Below are positions 1-9,007 of a stretch of 64,000 nucleotides of DNA, piece after piece. Origin of the DNA: an uncultured Planctomycetales bacterium (GTDB lineage: Bacteria > Omnitrophota > Gorgyraeia > Gygaellales > Profunditerraquicolaceae); NCBI GenBank assembly GCA_964487475.1, contig CAZAPM010000010.1, positions 3,005 through 67,004 of the forward strand. Direction: 5' to 3'. Every line of letters begins with the position of its first letter. Positions within the stretch are counted from its first letter, which is position 1. A model generated the notes under the pieces. That model made no database searches and was not told the DNA's origin. It saw only the letters and a program-made list of their open reading frames with translations. The translations under genes were made by a program, and so were the position numbers.

Positions 1-567
1 AAGGCGGTCAATGAGCTCGCCGAAAGCCCGGGCAAGCTCATCGTGGTGGGGGAGCGCGGGAAATCCTACGTCCGGGAGAGCACCGCGTCCTTCGTGGCCT
101 TTCCCGGCATCAAGGACGAGGAGCGTTACAGCCAGGCCATGCAGCTTAGGGATTACCTGATCAAGCGCATCAAGGACGGGACGTACGGGCAGCTGAGGAT
201 AGTGTATCCCCGGCCGGTCACGTTCACCGTGCAGAAAGTGGATGTGGTGACCTGTCTGCCCTTTACACCTCCGAAGCGCAAGGATGAATCGATCTCCCAG
301 TTCTCCCGGGAGGTGATCCTGGAATCGGACCTGGGGGATATCCTGGAGTATCTGTTGGGCATCTGGATCGGGCAGAAGGTGTACGAGATCTTCGGATTGA
401 GCCGGCTGGCGGAGTTCGCCGCCAGGTACGTGCACCTGGAGGAGAGCCTGCAGAAGCTTAAGGAAATGGACGCCAAGCAGCGGCTGCAGTATTTCCGGGT
501 GCGGCATGAAATGATCGACCGGAACATGCGCGAGCTTTTCAGCGCCCGGTTGCTGTATTCCAACTAA
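1..567 (+). CDS. atpG: F-type ATP synthase gamma subunit, C-terminal part (5' end lies outside the window)
   Basis: The reading frame is open from base 1. The C-terminal helix RLAEFAARY...YFRVRHEMIDRNMRELFSA parallels the gamma C-terminus (SEHAARM...YNRARQAAITQELTEIVSGA). It lies immediately upstream of atpD. Confidence 0.7.
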   Translation, partial: KAVNELAESPGKLIVVGERGKSYVRESTASFVAFPGIKDEERYSQAMQLRDYLIKRIKDGTYGQLRIVYPRPVTFTVQKVDVVTCLPFTPPKRKDESISQFSREVILESDLGDILEYLLGIWIGQKVYEIFGLSRLAEFAARYVHLEESLQKLKEMDAKQRLQYFRVRHEMIDRNMRELFSARLLYSN

Positions 568-576
568 GGGGAGAAG

Positions 577-1971
577 ATGGCAGCGGCAAAAGGAAGAGTG
601 ACGGCGGTGCAGGGCCCGGTGGTGGACGTGCGTTTCTCCCGCGCCGAGGACGTGCCGAATATCTATACCATGCTTTCCTGCAAGACCCTCGACGGAGTGC
701 CGGTGATCCTGGAGGTGGCGGAGCATCTTCCCGGGCATCTGGCCCGCTGCATCTCCATCAATTCCACCATCAACCTCCAGCGCAACACCGAAGTGGAGAT
801 CGCCGGCAGTTCCATCCAGATACCCGCGGGCGAGGTCCTCTACGGCCGCATCATCAACGTGCTGGGAGAGCCCATAGACCAGCAGGGACCGCTGGAAAGT
901 GACGAGAGGGTCTCCATCCGCCGGCCGGATATGGGAAGCCGCGTGCGCATCGACAAGGACCAGAAGGGGGTCACTCATTTCGAGGTCATGGAGACGGGGA
1001 TCAAGATCATCGACCTGCTCTCGCCCCTGGTCAAAGGCTCCAAGACCGGGATCCTGGGAGGCGCCGGTCTGGGCAAGAGCGTGCTGACCCTCGAGATCAT
1101 CCAGCATATCGTCAAGAAGTACCAGGGAAGCTGCGTGTTCGTGGGCGTGGGTGAGCGTATCCGCGAAGGAAACGAACTCTATTTCGAGCTCAAGCATCAC
1201 GAGGTGCTCTCCAAGACCATGATGGTGTTCGGCCAGATGAACGAGCCTCCGGGCGCGCGTTTCGGGGTGGCCATGACCGGGATCACCATCGCGGAGACGA
1301 TCCAGCGCAAGAACCAGGACGTGCTCATGTTCGTGGACAACATCTTCCGTTTCGTGCAGGCCGGCGCGGAGATCTCGACGCTTTTAGGGCGCGTGCCTTC
1401 GGAGACGGGATACCAGCCGACGCTGATGTCGGAGGTGGCGGAGTTCCACGAGCGCATCCGCACCTCGAAGGACACCAGCGGTTCCATCACTTCCATCGAG
1501 GCGGTGTACGTGCCGGCGGACGACTTGACCGACCCGGCGGTCGTGGCGCTTTTCAGTTTCATGGATTCGGTGCTGGTGCTCTCCCGCGAGCGCATCCAGC
1601 TGGGGTTGTATCCGGCCATCGACCCGCTGCTGTCCTCCTCCTCCAACCTGGATATCGACATCGTGGGCCGCCGGCATTTCGAGACCGCCCAGGAAGCGGT
1701 GCGCATCTTCCAGCGTTACGAAGAGCTGCGGCGCATCGTGCTGGTCGTCGGTATCGACGAGCTTTCGCACGCCGACCGCCTGCTCTACGAGCGCGCGCGC
1801 AAACTGCAGAACTTTCTGACCCAGCCTTTTTTCGTCGGAGAAGCGTATACCGGGAAAAAGGGAGCGTATGTCACCATCCCGCAGACGATCGAGGGATGCG
1901 AGAAGATCATGTCCGGGCGCGTGGATAACCGTCCCGAAGAGGAGTTCTACCTGATCGGAGCACTGGAATAG
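577..1971 (+). CDS. atpD: F1-ATPase beta subunit (divergent; P-loop GGAGLGKS)
   Basis: Full-length colinear similarity to F1 beta: GIKIIDLL, GGAGLGKS P-loop, GERIREGNE, QMNEPPGAR, DNIFRF, DDLTDP. RBS AGGGGAG upstream. Confidence 0.88.
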   Translation: MAAAKGRVTAVQGPVVDVRFSRAEDVPNIYTMLSCKTLDGVPVILEVAEHLPGHLARCISINSTINLQRNTEVEIAGSSIQIPAGEVLYGRIINVLGEPIDQQGPLESDERVSIRRPDMGSRVRIDKDQKGVTHFEVMETGIKIIDLLSPLVKGSKTGILGGAGLGKSVLTLEIIQHIVKKYQGSCVFVGVGERIREGNELYFELKHHEVLSKTMMVFGQMNEPPGARFGVAMTGITIAETIQRKNQDVLMFVDNIFRFVQAGAEISTLLGRVPSETGYQPTLMSEVAEFHERIRTSKDTSGSITSIEAVYVPADDLTDPAVVALFSFMDSVLVLSRERIQLGLYPAIDPLLSSSSNLDIDIVGRRHFETAQEAVRIFQRYEELRRIVLVVGIDELSHADRLLYERARKLQNFLTQPFFVGEAYTGKKGAYVTIPQTIEGCEKIMSGRVDNRPEEEFYLIGALE

Positions 1972-1972
1972 G

Positions 1973-2443
1973 ATGCAGCGCATACAGAAGAAGCTCGGCG
2001 AGATACTCATCTCCAAGGGGCTGATCACCAGCGTGCAGCTGACCATGGCCCTGGCCCAGCAGTCTGTCTCCAAGGAGTATCTGGGCCGGATCCTGATCAA
2101 GAACGGGGTGATCACGGAGCATAACCTGATGATGGTGCTCTCCGAGCAGTTCGCGATCCCGATCGTGCAGTTGAAGCCCAAGGACGTGGACTGGGAGTTC
2201 GTGAGGACCTTTTCCCCCTCCATGGTGCTTGACCATCGGTGTCTGCCCTTGCGCCGGGACGAATGGACGGTGACGGTGGCCATCACCAATCCGCTGGATA
2301 TGTGGGTGATGAAGCTGGCGGATGACTGTTGCCGGGGCCTGAAGCTTAAGCTGGTGCTGGTCTCCGAAGCGGAGATGGATAACGCCACGTATGTGTTCAA
2401 GCAGTACCTTAAGCAGAGCATCAACGACCTTTTCAAGGAATAA
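1973..2443 (+). CDS. standalone MshEN / T2SS-E N-terminal domain protein (putative c-di-GMP-binding)
   Basis: Two tandem GspE-N-like repeats: KLGEILISKGLITSVQLTMALAQQ and YLGRILIKNGVITEHNLMMVLSEQ. The first matches the MshEN c-di-GMP motif RLGxxLLxxGLIxxxxLxxALxxQ. ATG lies 1 nt after the atpD TAG. Confidence 0.75.
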   Translation: MQRIQKKLGEILISKGLITSVQLTMALAQQSVSKEYLGRILIKNGVITEHNLMMVLSEQFAIPIVQLKPKDVDWEFVRTFSPSMVLDHRCLPLRRDEWTVTVAITNPLDMWVMKLADDCCRGLKLKLVLVSEAEMDNATYVFKQYLKQSINDLFKE

Positions 2444-2446
2444 CCC

Positions 2447-4579
2447 ATGCCCAAGAAGATCGATATCACGTTAGCCGACGCGGTCGCCGAAAGAGGTTGG
2501 GTGGCACGGGAGCAGCTGGCAGGGCTGCTTAAAGAAGCGGATGCTTCCGGTGCGCCCCTGGGACAGGTGCTGGTCAAAGGCGGATTCCTGACCGAAGCGA
2601 AGGTCCAGGAGGTGCTGAGCGAGACCTTCAAACTTTCCTGTATCAGCCTGCGCCAGGCCCAGATCGACAAGGAGGCGCTGGAACGGGTGCCGGTCAAGAT
2701 CGCCACGTATTATAAGTTCATCCCGTTGAAGATGCGGGGAGGGGTGTTGGAAGTGGCGGTGGCGTATCCGCTGGATATCAAGACCATGGACGAGGTACGC
2801 ACCCAGGTGGGAAGCGATATCGAGGTGTTCCTGGCTTCCGCCTCCGAGATCGCCGACGGGCTGAAACAGTACTACGGCCTGGCGGCGGACACTCTGGAGC
2901 GTATCCACTCCGAGTCCGGGGCTCCGGGCGAGCCGCCGGCGCCGAGCAGTTTCGAGAAGGTCGAGGATATCGAGAAGCTGGCGGGGGATGCCTCTGTGAT
3001 CAAGCTGGTCAACCAGATCATCCTCGACGCGTACCGCAAGCGCGCCACGGACATCCATATCGAGCCCTTCCGGGAGGGCATGGCCCTGCGCTACCGTATC
3101 GACGGGGTGTTGTACGACGCCAACGTGGCGACCGATATCTCCCGGTACATGAATGCCATCATCTCCCGGATCAAGATCATGTCCAACTTGAATATCGTGG
3201 AGCGGCGGCTGCCCCAGGACGGGCGGGCCATCGTGCGCGTGCAGGAGCAGATGCTGGACTTGAGGATCTCCACCATCCCGACACCGTTCGGGGAAAGCGT
3301 CGTGATCCGCATCCTGCCCACGCATATGCTTTTCTCCCTGGAGAAGCTGGGGCTTTCCAGCGGCGACCTGCGCATCTTCGAGGACCTGATCCGCAAGCCC
3401 CACGGGATCGTCTTCGTCACCGGCCCGACGGGAAGCGGCAAGACGACTACGCTCTACGCCGCGCTTTCCTGCATCAATACCAAGGACCGCAAGATCATCA
3501 CTATCGAGGACCCGATCGAATACGAGATGGCGGGGATCACCCAGATCCAGGTGCAGCCGGAGATCGGCCTGGATTTCGCCCGGGGGCTGCGCAGTATCCT
3601 GCGCCACGACCCGGACGTGATCATGGTCGGAGAGGTGCGCGACCTGGAGACCGCGGAGATCGCCATCCGCGTGGCGTTGACCGGGCATCTGGTCTTTTCC
3701 ACCCTGCACACCAACGATGCCGCCAGCGGCGTGACCCGCCTGCTGGATATCGGGGTGGAGCCTTATCTTCTGGCCTCCAGCGTCGAGGCGTTCATCGCGC
3801 AGAGGCTTATCCGGACCATTTGTCCCGACTGCAAGTACGAGGATAAAAGCATCCCGCAGGAACTGCGCGAACTGATCCGACAGGAGCTGGGTCTTGATTC
3901 CATCTCGGCGGTCAAGGTGTACCGGGGCCGCGGATGCACCGCCTGTAATTTTACCGGGTTCTTCGGCCGTACCGCCATCTATGAGGTGATGCGCATCGAG
4001 GATTCGGTGCGGGGGCTGATCTTGAAGAAAGCGCCGGCCGACCAGATCAAGAAAGCGGCGGTGGCTGCCGGAATGCATCTTTTGCGCCAGGACGGATGGG
4101 AGAAGGTGCTGCAGGGGGTTACTACTCCGGAGGAGGTCTTCAAGGTGGCTCCTTCGGGCTCCGGCCAGCCGGGTGCGCAGATGCTCTCTTCCGACAGCGC
4201 GATCATCTCCGAGCTTCAGGATAACCGCAGGGTGTTCCCGCGCCTGTATTGCGAGGCGACCTTGCGTTACAACAGGTTCGATCCTTCCGGTTCCAAGGGG
4301 GGGGCGGCCAGGGAAGAGGAGTTCAGCCGCACGACGAACATCTCCGCCGGCGGCATACTTTTTGTTTCGCAGGAGCAGCTTTCCATCGGTACCTTGCTCG
4401 AGCTTTCCATCGTGCTTCCTGACGGGCAGGAACCGGTGGTGTGCTTAAGCCGGGTGGTCAGGGTCGAGAACGCCGGGCAGGAAGGGTTTTACAATATCGC
4501 GGTGTGTTTCCTGGATATCACCAGCGGTCAGCGGGCGCGCCTGTCGAAGTACGTCGACGGCCACCTGCAGGGGCCATAA
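2447..4579 (+). CDS. gspE: GspE/PilB-family secretion ATPase with N-terminal MshEN-like domain and C-terminal PilZ domain
   Basis: Walker A GPTGSGKTTTLYA, Walker B/His box, tetracysteine CPDC...CTAC. N-terminal motif PLGQVLVKGGFLTEAKVQEVLSE. About 130 extra C-terminal aa carry PilZ signatures RRVFPR (RxxxR) and NISAGG ((D/N)xSxGG). Confidence 0.88.
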   Translation: MPKKIDITLADAVAERGWVAREQLAGLLKEADASGAPLGQVLVKGGFLTEAKVQEVLSETFKLSCISLRQAQIDKEALERVPVKIATYYKFIPLKMRGGVLEVAVAYPLDIKTMDEVRTQVGSDIEVFLASASEIADGLKQYYGLAADTLERIHSESGAPGEPPAPSSFEKVEDIEKLAGDASVIKLVNQIILDAYRKRATDIHIEPFREGMALRYRIDGVLYDANVATDISRYMNAIISRIKIMSNLNIVERRLPQDGRAIVRVQEQMLDLRISTIPTPFGESVVIRILPTHMLFSLEKLGLSSGDLRIFEDLIRKPHGIVFVTGPTGSGKTTTLYAALSCINTKDRKIITIEDPIEYEMAGITQIQVQPEIGLDFARGLRSILRHDPDVIMVGEVRDLETAEIAIRVALTGHLVFSTLHTNDAASGVTRLLDIGVEPYLLASSVEAFIAQRLIRTICPDCKYEDKSIPQELRELIRQELGLDSISAVKVYRGRGCTACNFTGFFGRTAIYEVMRIEDSVRGLILKKAPADQIKKAAVAAGMHLLRQDGWEKVLQGVTTPEEVFKVAPSGSGQPGAQMLSSDSAIISELQDNRRVFPRLYCEATLRYNRFDPSGSKGGAAREEEFSRTTNISAGGILFVSQEQLSIGTLLELSIVLPDGQEPVVCLSRVVRVENAGQEGFYNIAVCFLDITSGQRARLSKYVDGHLQGP

Positions 4580-4594
4580 CAAGGAGCAGCGCGC

Positions 4595-5824
4595 ATGCCG
4601 ATGTTCAGATACCGGGCCAAGCAGGGCCCGGAAAAGGTGATCGAAGGGACTCTGGAGGCGCCCAATGAGAAGGACGCCATCGAGCAACTGAGCCGCATGA
4701 ATGCGGTGCCGCTGCATCTGGAAGCCCTCAATGCGGCGCCGGCCGGCCAGCCCAAAGCTTCCGCCGCGGTCCCGGGACACGAAAGCGCGGGGCATAAGGT
4801 CCCATCCCGGGAGGTCACCATTTTCACCCGGCAGCTGGCCAGTCTGATCAAGGCCGGAGTGCCCATCCTTGCGAGCCTGCAGATCATCTCCGAGCAGTCG
4901 GAGAACCCGAGGATGCGCCTGATCCTGCGCAAAGTGCATGATGTGGTCAAGGAGGGGGTCACGTTCTCTTCCGCCTTGAGCCGTTTTCCCGAAGTGTTCT
5001 CCCCGCTTTACATCGCCATGGTGCGCACGGGAGAGGATAGCGGCGTGCTTCCCGAAGTGCTGCTGCGTATCGCGGAGCACCGGGCGAAACAGGAGGAGTC
5101 GCTGGCCAAGATCCGCTCCGCACTGGCCTATCCCATCCTGATGCTGTTGGTGGGGGTGGGCACGATCGTGTTCATGCTGACTTTTGTCATGCCCAGGCTG
5201 ATGAAGGTGTTCTCCAGCCTGGGTCAGGACCTGCCGTTGCCGACGAGGATTTTGCTCAAGATCAGCGCGCTGGCTTCCACCTGGTGGGTGTGGGTCATCC
5301 TGGCGGCGCTGGCGGCGTTCGTATACTCCCGTCTTAAGACCCCCGCCGCGCAGCAGACCGCCGGCAGGCTCGTGCTTTCCGTGCCGGTGATGGGAAAACT
5401 GGTGCGCATGGCCGACCTGGGCCGTTTCTGCCGGACCATGGAAGTGCTGATCAAAAGCGGCATACCGATCCTGCGCGCGATCGACGTTTCCCTGCCCGTG
5501 GTGGGGAATCCCGTACTGCGCAAAGAGCTGCAGGCGGGACTGAAGTCCCTGGAGCAGGGAGGTTCGTTCGGCAGGATACTCAAGAGCTCTCCCAATATCC
5601 CGGCGTTCATGGGTAACCTCCTGGTGGTGGGAGAGGAGTCCGGGAAACTGACCAATGCCTTCAGCGAGATCGCGTACTCCTACGAGCACGATACGGACGA
5701 GGCGATCCGCGCGATGACCAGCCTGGTCGAGCCTCTGCTCATCCTGGGGATGGGGCTGGTGGTGGGGTTCATCGTGATGGCCATGCTCCTTCCGGTCTTC
5801 GAGATCAATCTCGCGGTACGATGA
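4595..5824 (+). CDS. gspF: GspF/PilC-family inner-membrane platform protein
   Basis: 409 aa. Duplicated GspF domain architecture and three TM segments. AAGGAG RBS. Follows gspE. Confidence 0.85.
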   Translation: MPMFRYRAKQGPEKVIEGTLEAPNEKDAIEQLSRMNAVPLHLEALNAAPAGQPKASAAVPGHESAGHKVPSREVTIFTRQLASLIKAGVPILASLQIISEQSENPRMRLILRKVHDVVKEGVTFSSALSRFPEVFSPLYIAMVRTGEDSGVLPEVLLRIAEHRAKQEESLAKIRSALAYPILMLLVGVGTIVFMLTFVMPRLMKVFSSLGQDLPLPTRILLKISALASTWWVWVILAALAAFVYSRLKTPAAQQTAGRLVLSVPVMGKLVRMADLGRFCRTMEVLIKSGIPILRAIDVSLPVVGNPVLRKELQAGLKSLEQGGSFGRILKSSPNIPAFMGNLLVVGEESGKLTNAFSEIAYSYEHDTDEAIRAMTSLVEPLLILGMGLVVGFIVMAMLLPVFEINLAVR

Positions 5825-6651
5825 TCCTGCGGATGCGGCGGGTGCGGGCGATGGTGCTGGCCTGGGCAGCGTCCGCGGTATTGGTAACGGGCGCGGCGAA
5901 TGCCGCCGGCGCTGAAACCGTCAGCTGGAAGCAGGTGGCCGGGGACCATTTCCTCGTCTATTACCTGCAGGATGAGGGGTTCGCCAAAGAGGTCTCTTCG
6001 ATGGCGGAGCGTTATTATCAGCGCATCGCCTCCGAGCTGGGGTACCCGCGCTACAGCGCATTCTGGACATGGGATAACCGGGTCAAAATATACATCTTTC
6101 CCGACCATGCTTCTTTTCTCCGGGCCACCGGGCAGCCGGAGTGGTCGCAGGGGCTGGCGGAATATTCCACCAAGCGGATATTCAGTTATGCCTGGAGCGA
6201 AGGGTTCACCGAGTCGCTCCTGCCGCACGAGATCGCGCATCTGATCTTCCGCGATTTCATCGGTTTCAAGGGGCAGGTGCCGTTGTGGCTGGACGAAGGG
6301 GTCTCCCAATGGGCGGAGGAGCCGAAGCGCCGCGCGGTCAAAGAAGTGATGCGCCGTTTCCTCTCCGAGGGTAAGCTGCTTTCCCTCTCCGCGATGATGA
6401 AACTCGACGTGCGCGAGCTTCCCGCGGGTAAGGGCCATGAGGAACTGATCGATGTGTTCTACGTGCAGTCGGTGTCGCTGGTGGGGTTCCTGATCGAGCG
6501 TTACGGTTCGTTAAGTTTTGCGGAGTTCTGCCGGGGGCTGCGGGACGGCAAAGGGGTGGAGGAAGCGCTGCGCGCCGCGTACCCGGACCATGTGCGTTCG
6601 CTGGATGAATTCGAAAAGGAATGGCGCGGGTATATCGCCGGAGAAATGTAA
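5821..6651 (+). CDS. secreted HExxH zinc-metallopeptidase-like protein (peptidase MA-like)
   Basis: N-terminal signal peptide (MVLAWAASAVLVTGAANAAGA) and HEIAHLIF motif. 4-nt overlap with gspF. Embedded between gspF and gspG. Confidence 0.6.
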   Translation: MILRMRRVRAMVLAWAASAVLVTGAANAAGAETVSWKQVAGDHFLVYYLQDEGFAKEVSSMAERYYQRIASELGYPRYSAFWTWDNRVKIYIFPDHASFLRATGQPEWSQGLAEYSTKRIFSYAWSEGFTESLLPHEIAHLIFRDFIGFKGQVPLWLDEGVSQWAEEPKRRAVKEVMRRFLSEGKLLSLSAMMKLDVRELPAGKGHEELIDVFYVQSVSLVGFLIERYGSLSFAEFCRGLRDGKGVEEALRAAYPDHVRSLDEFEKEWRGYIAGEM

Positions 6652-6661
6652 GGAGGGGGAC

Positions 6662-7075
6662 ATGAGGTTTCGAAGCAGGACGAAAGGGTTCACGCTCATC
6701 GAACTGATGCTGGTGGTGATCATCATCGGCGCGCTGGTGGCCATGGTCATGCCGCGTCTGACCGGCAGGAGCGAGCAGGCGAGGGTGGTGGCGGCGCAGG
6801 CGGATATCAACGCCAATATCGCGACCGCGCTTAAGCTCTACGAACTGGATAACGGGGGATTTCCGACGACGGAGGAGGGGTTGGCGGCGCTCACGGCCCG
6901 TCCGGGAAGCGCATTGTCCTGGAAAGGCCCTTACATCGAGAAGAAGCCCGTGGATCCCTGGGGCCGGGAGTATAAGTTCCGTTCGCCCGGGGAGCACCGC
7001 AGCGATTACGATCTCTATTCGGTGGGCAAGGACGGCCAGGATAATACCGCCGACGACGTGAAGAACTGGGAATGA
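6662..7075 (+). CDS. gspG: major pseudopilin GspG (type IV pilin-like N-terminus)
   Basis: Prepilin cleavage/methylation motif KGFTLIELMLVVIIIGAL. GspG-like body (DGQDNTADDVKNWE). RBS AGGAGGGGG upstream of ATG at 6662. Confidence 0.85.
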   Translation: MRFRSRTKGFTLIELMLVVIIIGALVAMVMPRLTGRSEQARVVAAQADINANIATALKLYELDNGGFPTTEEGLAALTARPGSALSWKGPYIEKKPVDPWGREYKFRSPGEHRSDYDLYSVGKDGQDNTADDVKNWE

Positions 7076-7467
7076 TGAGCGCATCGCGCCGCGGTTTCAC
7101 GCTGGTGGAGGTGCTCGCCGCCGCCTGCATCCTTTCCTTGGGGATCGTGCTGGTGCACCGGTCGTTCCTTTCCTCCCTGGATGCCTTTTCCGAGACCTAT
7201 GATTATGCCCGGGTCTCGTCGGCGGCGGATGAGCTGCTCTGGGAAGCCGTTTACAGACTTACCTATATCCGTTCCATGCAGGGCGCTCCGGATGCCGGAG
7301 TGATCAAGGTGCGTCAGCGTCCGTATGCCTGGACGCGCGTGCACGAGTCCCTGGGCGAAGTACCGGGGGCGCAGCTATGGAAGGTCGAGGTATCGCTGCA
7401 GCGTACCGCAGGAAGGAGGCGCGGGGGGGTGACCCGCAGCACGTATGTGCTTTCCCGGCAACCGTAA
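7072..7467 (+). CDS. minor pseudopilin (GspH/I-like)
   Basis: RGFTLVEVLAAACIL prepilin N-terminus. Overlaps the gspG stop. Confidence 0.65.
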   Translation: MMSASRRGFTLVEVLAAACILSLGIVLVHRSFLSSLDAFSETYDYARVSSAADELLWEAVYRLTYIRSMQGAPDAGVIKVRQRPYAWTRVHESLGEVPGAQLWKVEVSLQRTAGRRRGGVTRSTYVLSRQP

Positions 7468-8032
7468 GGGCGTATCCTTAATCGAGCTTTTAGTGGTCTC
7501 TGTCATCGCGGCGATGGTGACCATGGGCGTGTTCTTTTCCATCAACAGCGGGGTGAAGGTCTGGCAGGCGATCAAGCAGCAGATGCCGGAGGAGGACCTG
7601 GCGCTTTTCCTCGACCGTTTCGAGGGGGATGTGCGCAATTACCTGCGTTACGGCCCCGAACTCTTCGAAGGCACGGATACGATGATGGAGTTTCCGACGG
7701 TGGTCAGGAGCATGATGCTGCGCACCACCTCTCCGGGGAGGGTGCAGTACCGGTATGAGCCCTCCGACGACCGCCTGTACCGTCAGCAGAAGGATTTCTC
7801 CCAGATGTATCAGGACCGCCAGCCGTATGTGGAGCATGTGATCGAGGGGGTGCGGGAAGTGCACTGCCGCTACCTTTTGTTCGATGCGCAGACCAAGGAG
7901 CTGGGCTGGTATGACGAATATTCCGGGAGCGAGCCTCCCCTGGCGGTATCACTGGAGATCGTCACGGGAGAAGATTCCAGGCCGCAGCGGTTCGTGAAGA
8001 CCGTACCCGTTGCCATTGCGAGAGTTAAGTAA
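7445..8032 (+). CDS. minor pseudopilin (GspJ-like)
   Basis: KGVSLIELLVVSVIAAM prepilin-like N-terminus. About 190 aa. Lies in the pseudopilin run. Confidence 0.6.
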   Translation: MCFPGNRKGVSLIELLVVSVIAAMVTMGVFFSINSGVKVWQAIKQQMPEEDLALFLDRFEGDVRNYLRYGPELFEGTDTMMEFPTVVRSMMLRTTSPGRVQYRYEPSDDRLYRQQKDFSQMYQDRQPYVEHVIEGVREVHCRYLLFDAQTKELGWYDEYSGSEPPLAVSLEIVTGEDSRPQRFVKTVPVAIARVK

Positions 8033-8056
8033 ATACTGCTTCTTCTATGGTGCTTT

Positions 8057-8998
8057 TTGGATTATAATATGCGTACAAGCCGGGGTTCATTGTTCATAGT
8101 CGCTCTTTGGTCGCTTTGTTTCCTGGGCGCGTTGGCGGTGGTAGTGGCCGGGGTGGTCAGGCAGAAGATGACGCTTTCCTCGAGGCTGGATGCCCGCGCG
8201 CAGTTACGGCAGACGGCCCGCGCCGCGGTGGAGCTGGGATTGTTCCGTATCGCCGAGCGGGCAGGGGGAACGGGTTATTTCTCCGGAAGGGACCCATTGC
8301 TGCAGGCGCATCCGGAGGTGCCTTGCCGCTGGAGCATCTCCGACGAGGAATCCCGGGTGAACCTCAACACTGCCGATATGTTCGTGCTGCGGCGTCTGAT
8401 GCAGGAGGTGCTGCGCGTCGACGAGATGCAGGCGCAGGAACTGGCGGCGGCGGTGGTGGACTGGCGGGATGCGGACAGCGAATTATCCGTTCCCATCGGC
8501 AGCGCGGAAGAGGCGCAGTATCTGAGCCAGCAGTACCCGTATAAGCCCAAGAACGCTCCCTTCGAGTCCTGGGTGGAGCTGGGGCTGGTGAAGGGGTTTA
8601 CCGACGAGTTTGTGGAAGCGCTTTTTCCGTATGTGACGGTGTTCGGGATGGGGAAGGTCAACGCGAACACCGCGCCGGCTCCGGTGCTGCGGGCGCTGGG
8701 CATCCCCGAGGAGCTGGTGGAGGCGATCCTGGAGTATCGCCGGGGGCAGGATGACGCGGAGGGGACCGCGGATGATAATGTTTTTGAAGCGGAAGGGTCG
8801 ATCGTTCCGAAGTTGAGCCAGTACCGGAGATTGAACGATCAGGAGTTGGCGGAGTTGACCCGGGCCGGCGTGTTCCTGGGAGTGGCCTCGGAATATTTCC
8901 GTATCCAGGCTCAGGCCCGGCGAAACGTCAAAGAGACGTACGAGATGTATGCGGTGGCCGATGCGGCGGGCACACCGGTGTATTGGCGCGAACCATAA
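8057..8998 (+). CDS. gspK: GspK-like minor pseudopilin
   Basis: N-terminus RGSLFIVALW...LAVV is typical of GspK. Helix-hairpin-helix-like VNANTAPAPVLRAL. An alternative ATG at 8069 is also possible. Confidence 0.65.
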   Translation: MDYNMRTSRGSLFIVALWSLCFLGALAVVVAGVVRQKMTLSSRLDARAQLRQTARAAVELGLFRIAERAGGTGYFSGRDPLLQAHPEVPCRWSISDEESRVNLNTADMFVLRRLMQEVLRVDEMQAQELAAAVVDWRDADSELSVPIGSAEEAQYLSQQYPYKPKNAPFESWVELGLVKGFTDEFVEALFPYVTVFGMGKVNANTAPAPVLRALGIPEELVEAILEYRRGQDDAEGTADDNVFEAEGSIVPKLSQYRRLNDQELAELTRAGVFLGVASEYFRIQAQARRNVKETYEMYAVADAAGTPVYWREP

Positions 8999-9007
8999 AA
9001 GGATGCC

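Noticed and set aside
1973-2443. Considered whether the 156-aa ORF after atpD is a divergent ATP synthase epsilon subunit
   Set aside because: The sequence is all-helical with two GspE-N/MshEN repeats matching the c-di-GMP-binding motif. Epsilon has an N-terminal beta-sandwich. No epsilon-like features.
1384-2706. 440-aa minus-strand ORF spanning atpD and the MshEN gene
   Set aside because: Antisense to two motif-supported + strand genes. The translation is Arg/Ser/Ala/Pro-rich low-complexity sequence typical of high-GC antisense frames. No start context.
2471-4078. 535-aa minus-strand ORF antisense to gspE
   Set aside because: Overlaps the well-supported GspE ATPase with its Walker motifs. 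G/R/P/D-rich low-complexity translation. No RBS.
4445-5689. 414-aa minus-strand ORF antisense to gspF
   Set aside because: Antisense to the PilC/GspF platform gene. Composition His/Arg/Gly/Pro-rich. No domain signal.
5680-7084. Minus-strand ORFs 5680-6438 and 6338-7084
   Set aside because: Antisense to the peptidase-like gene and gspG, whose prepilin motif is unambiguous. Arg/Pro-rich translations.
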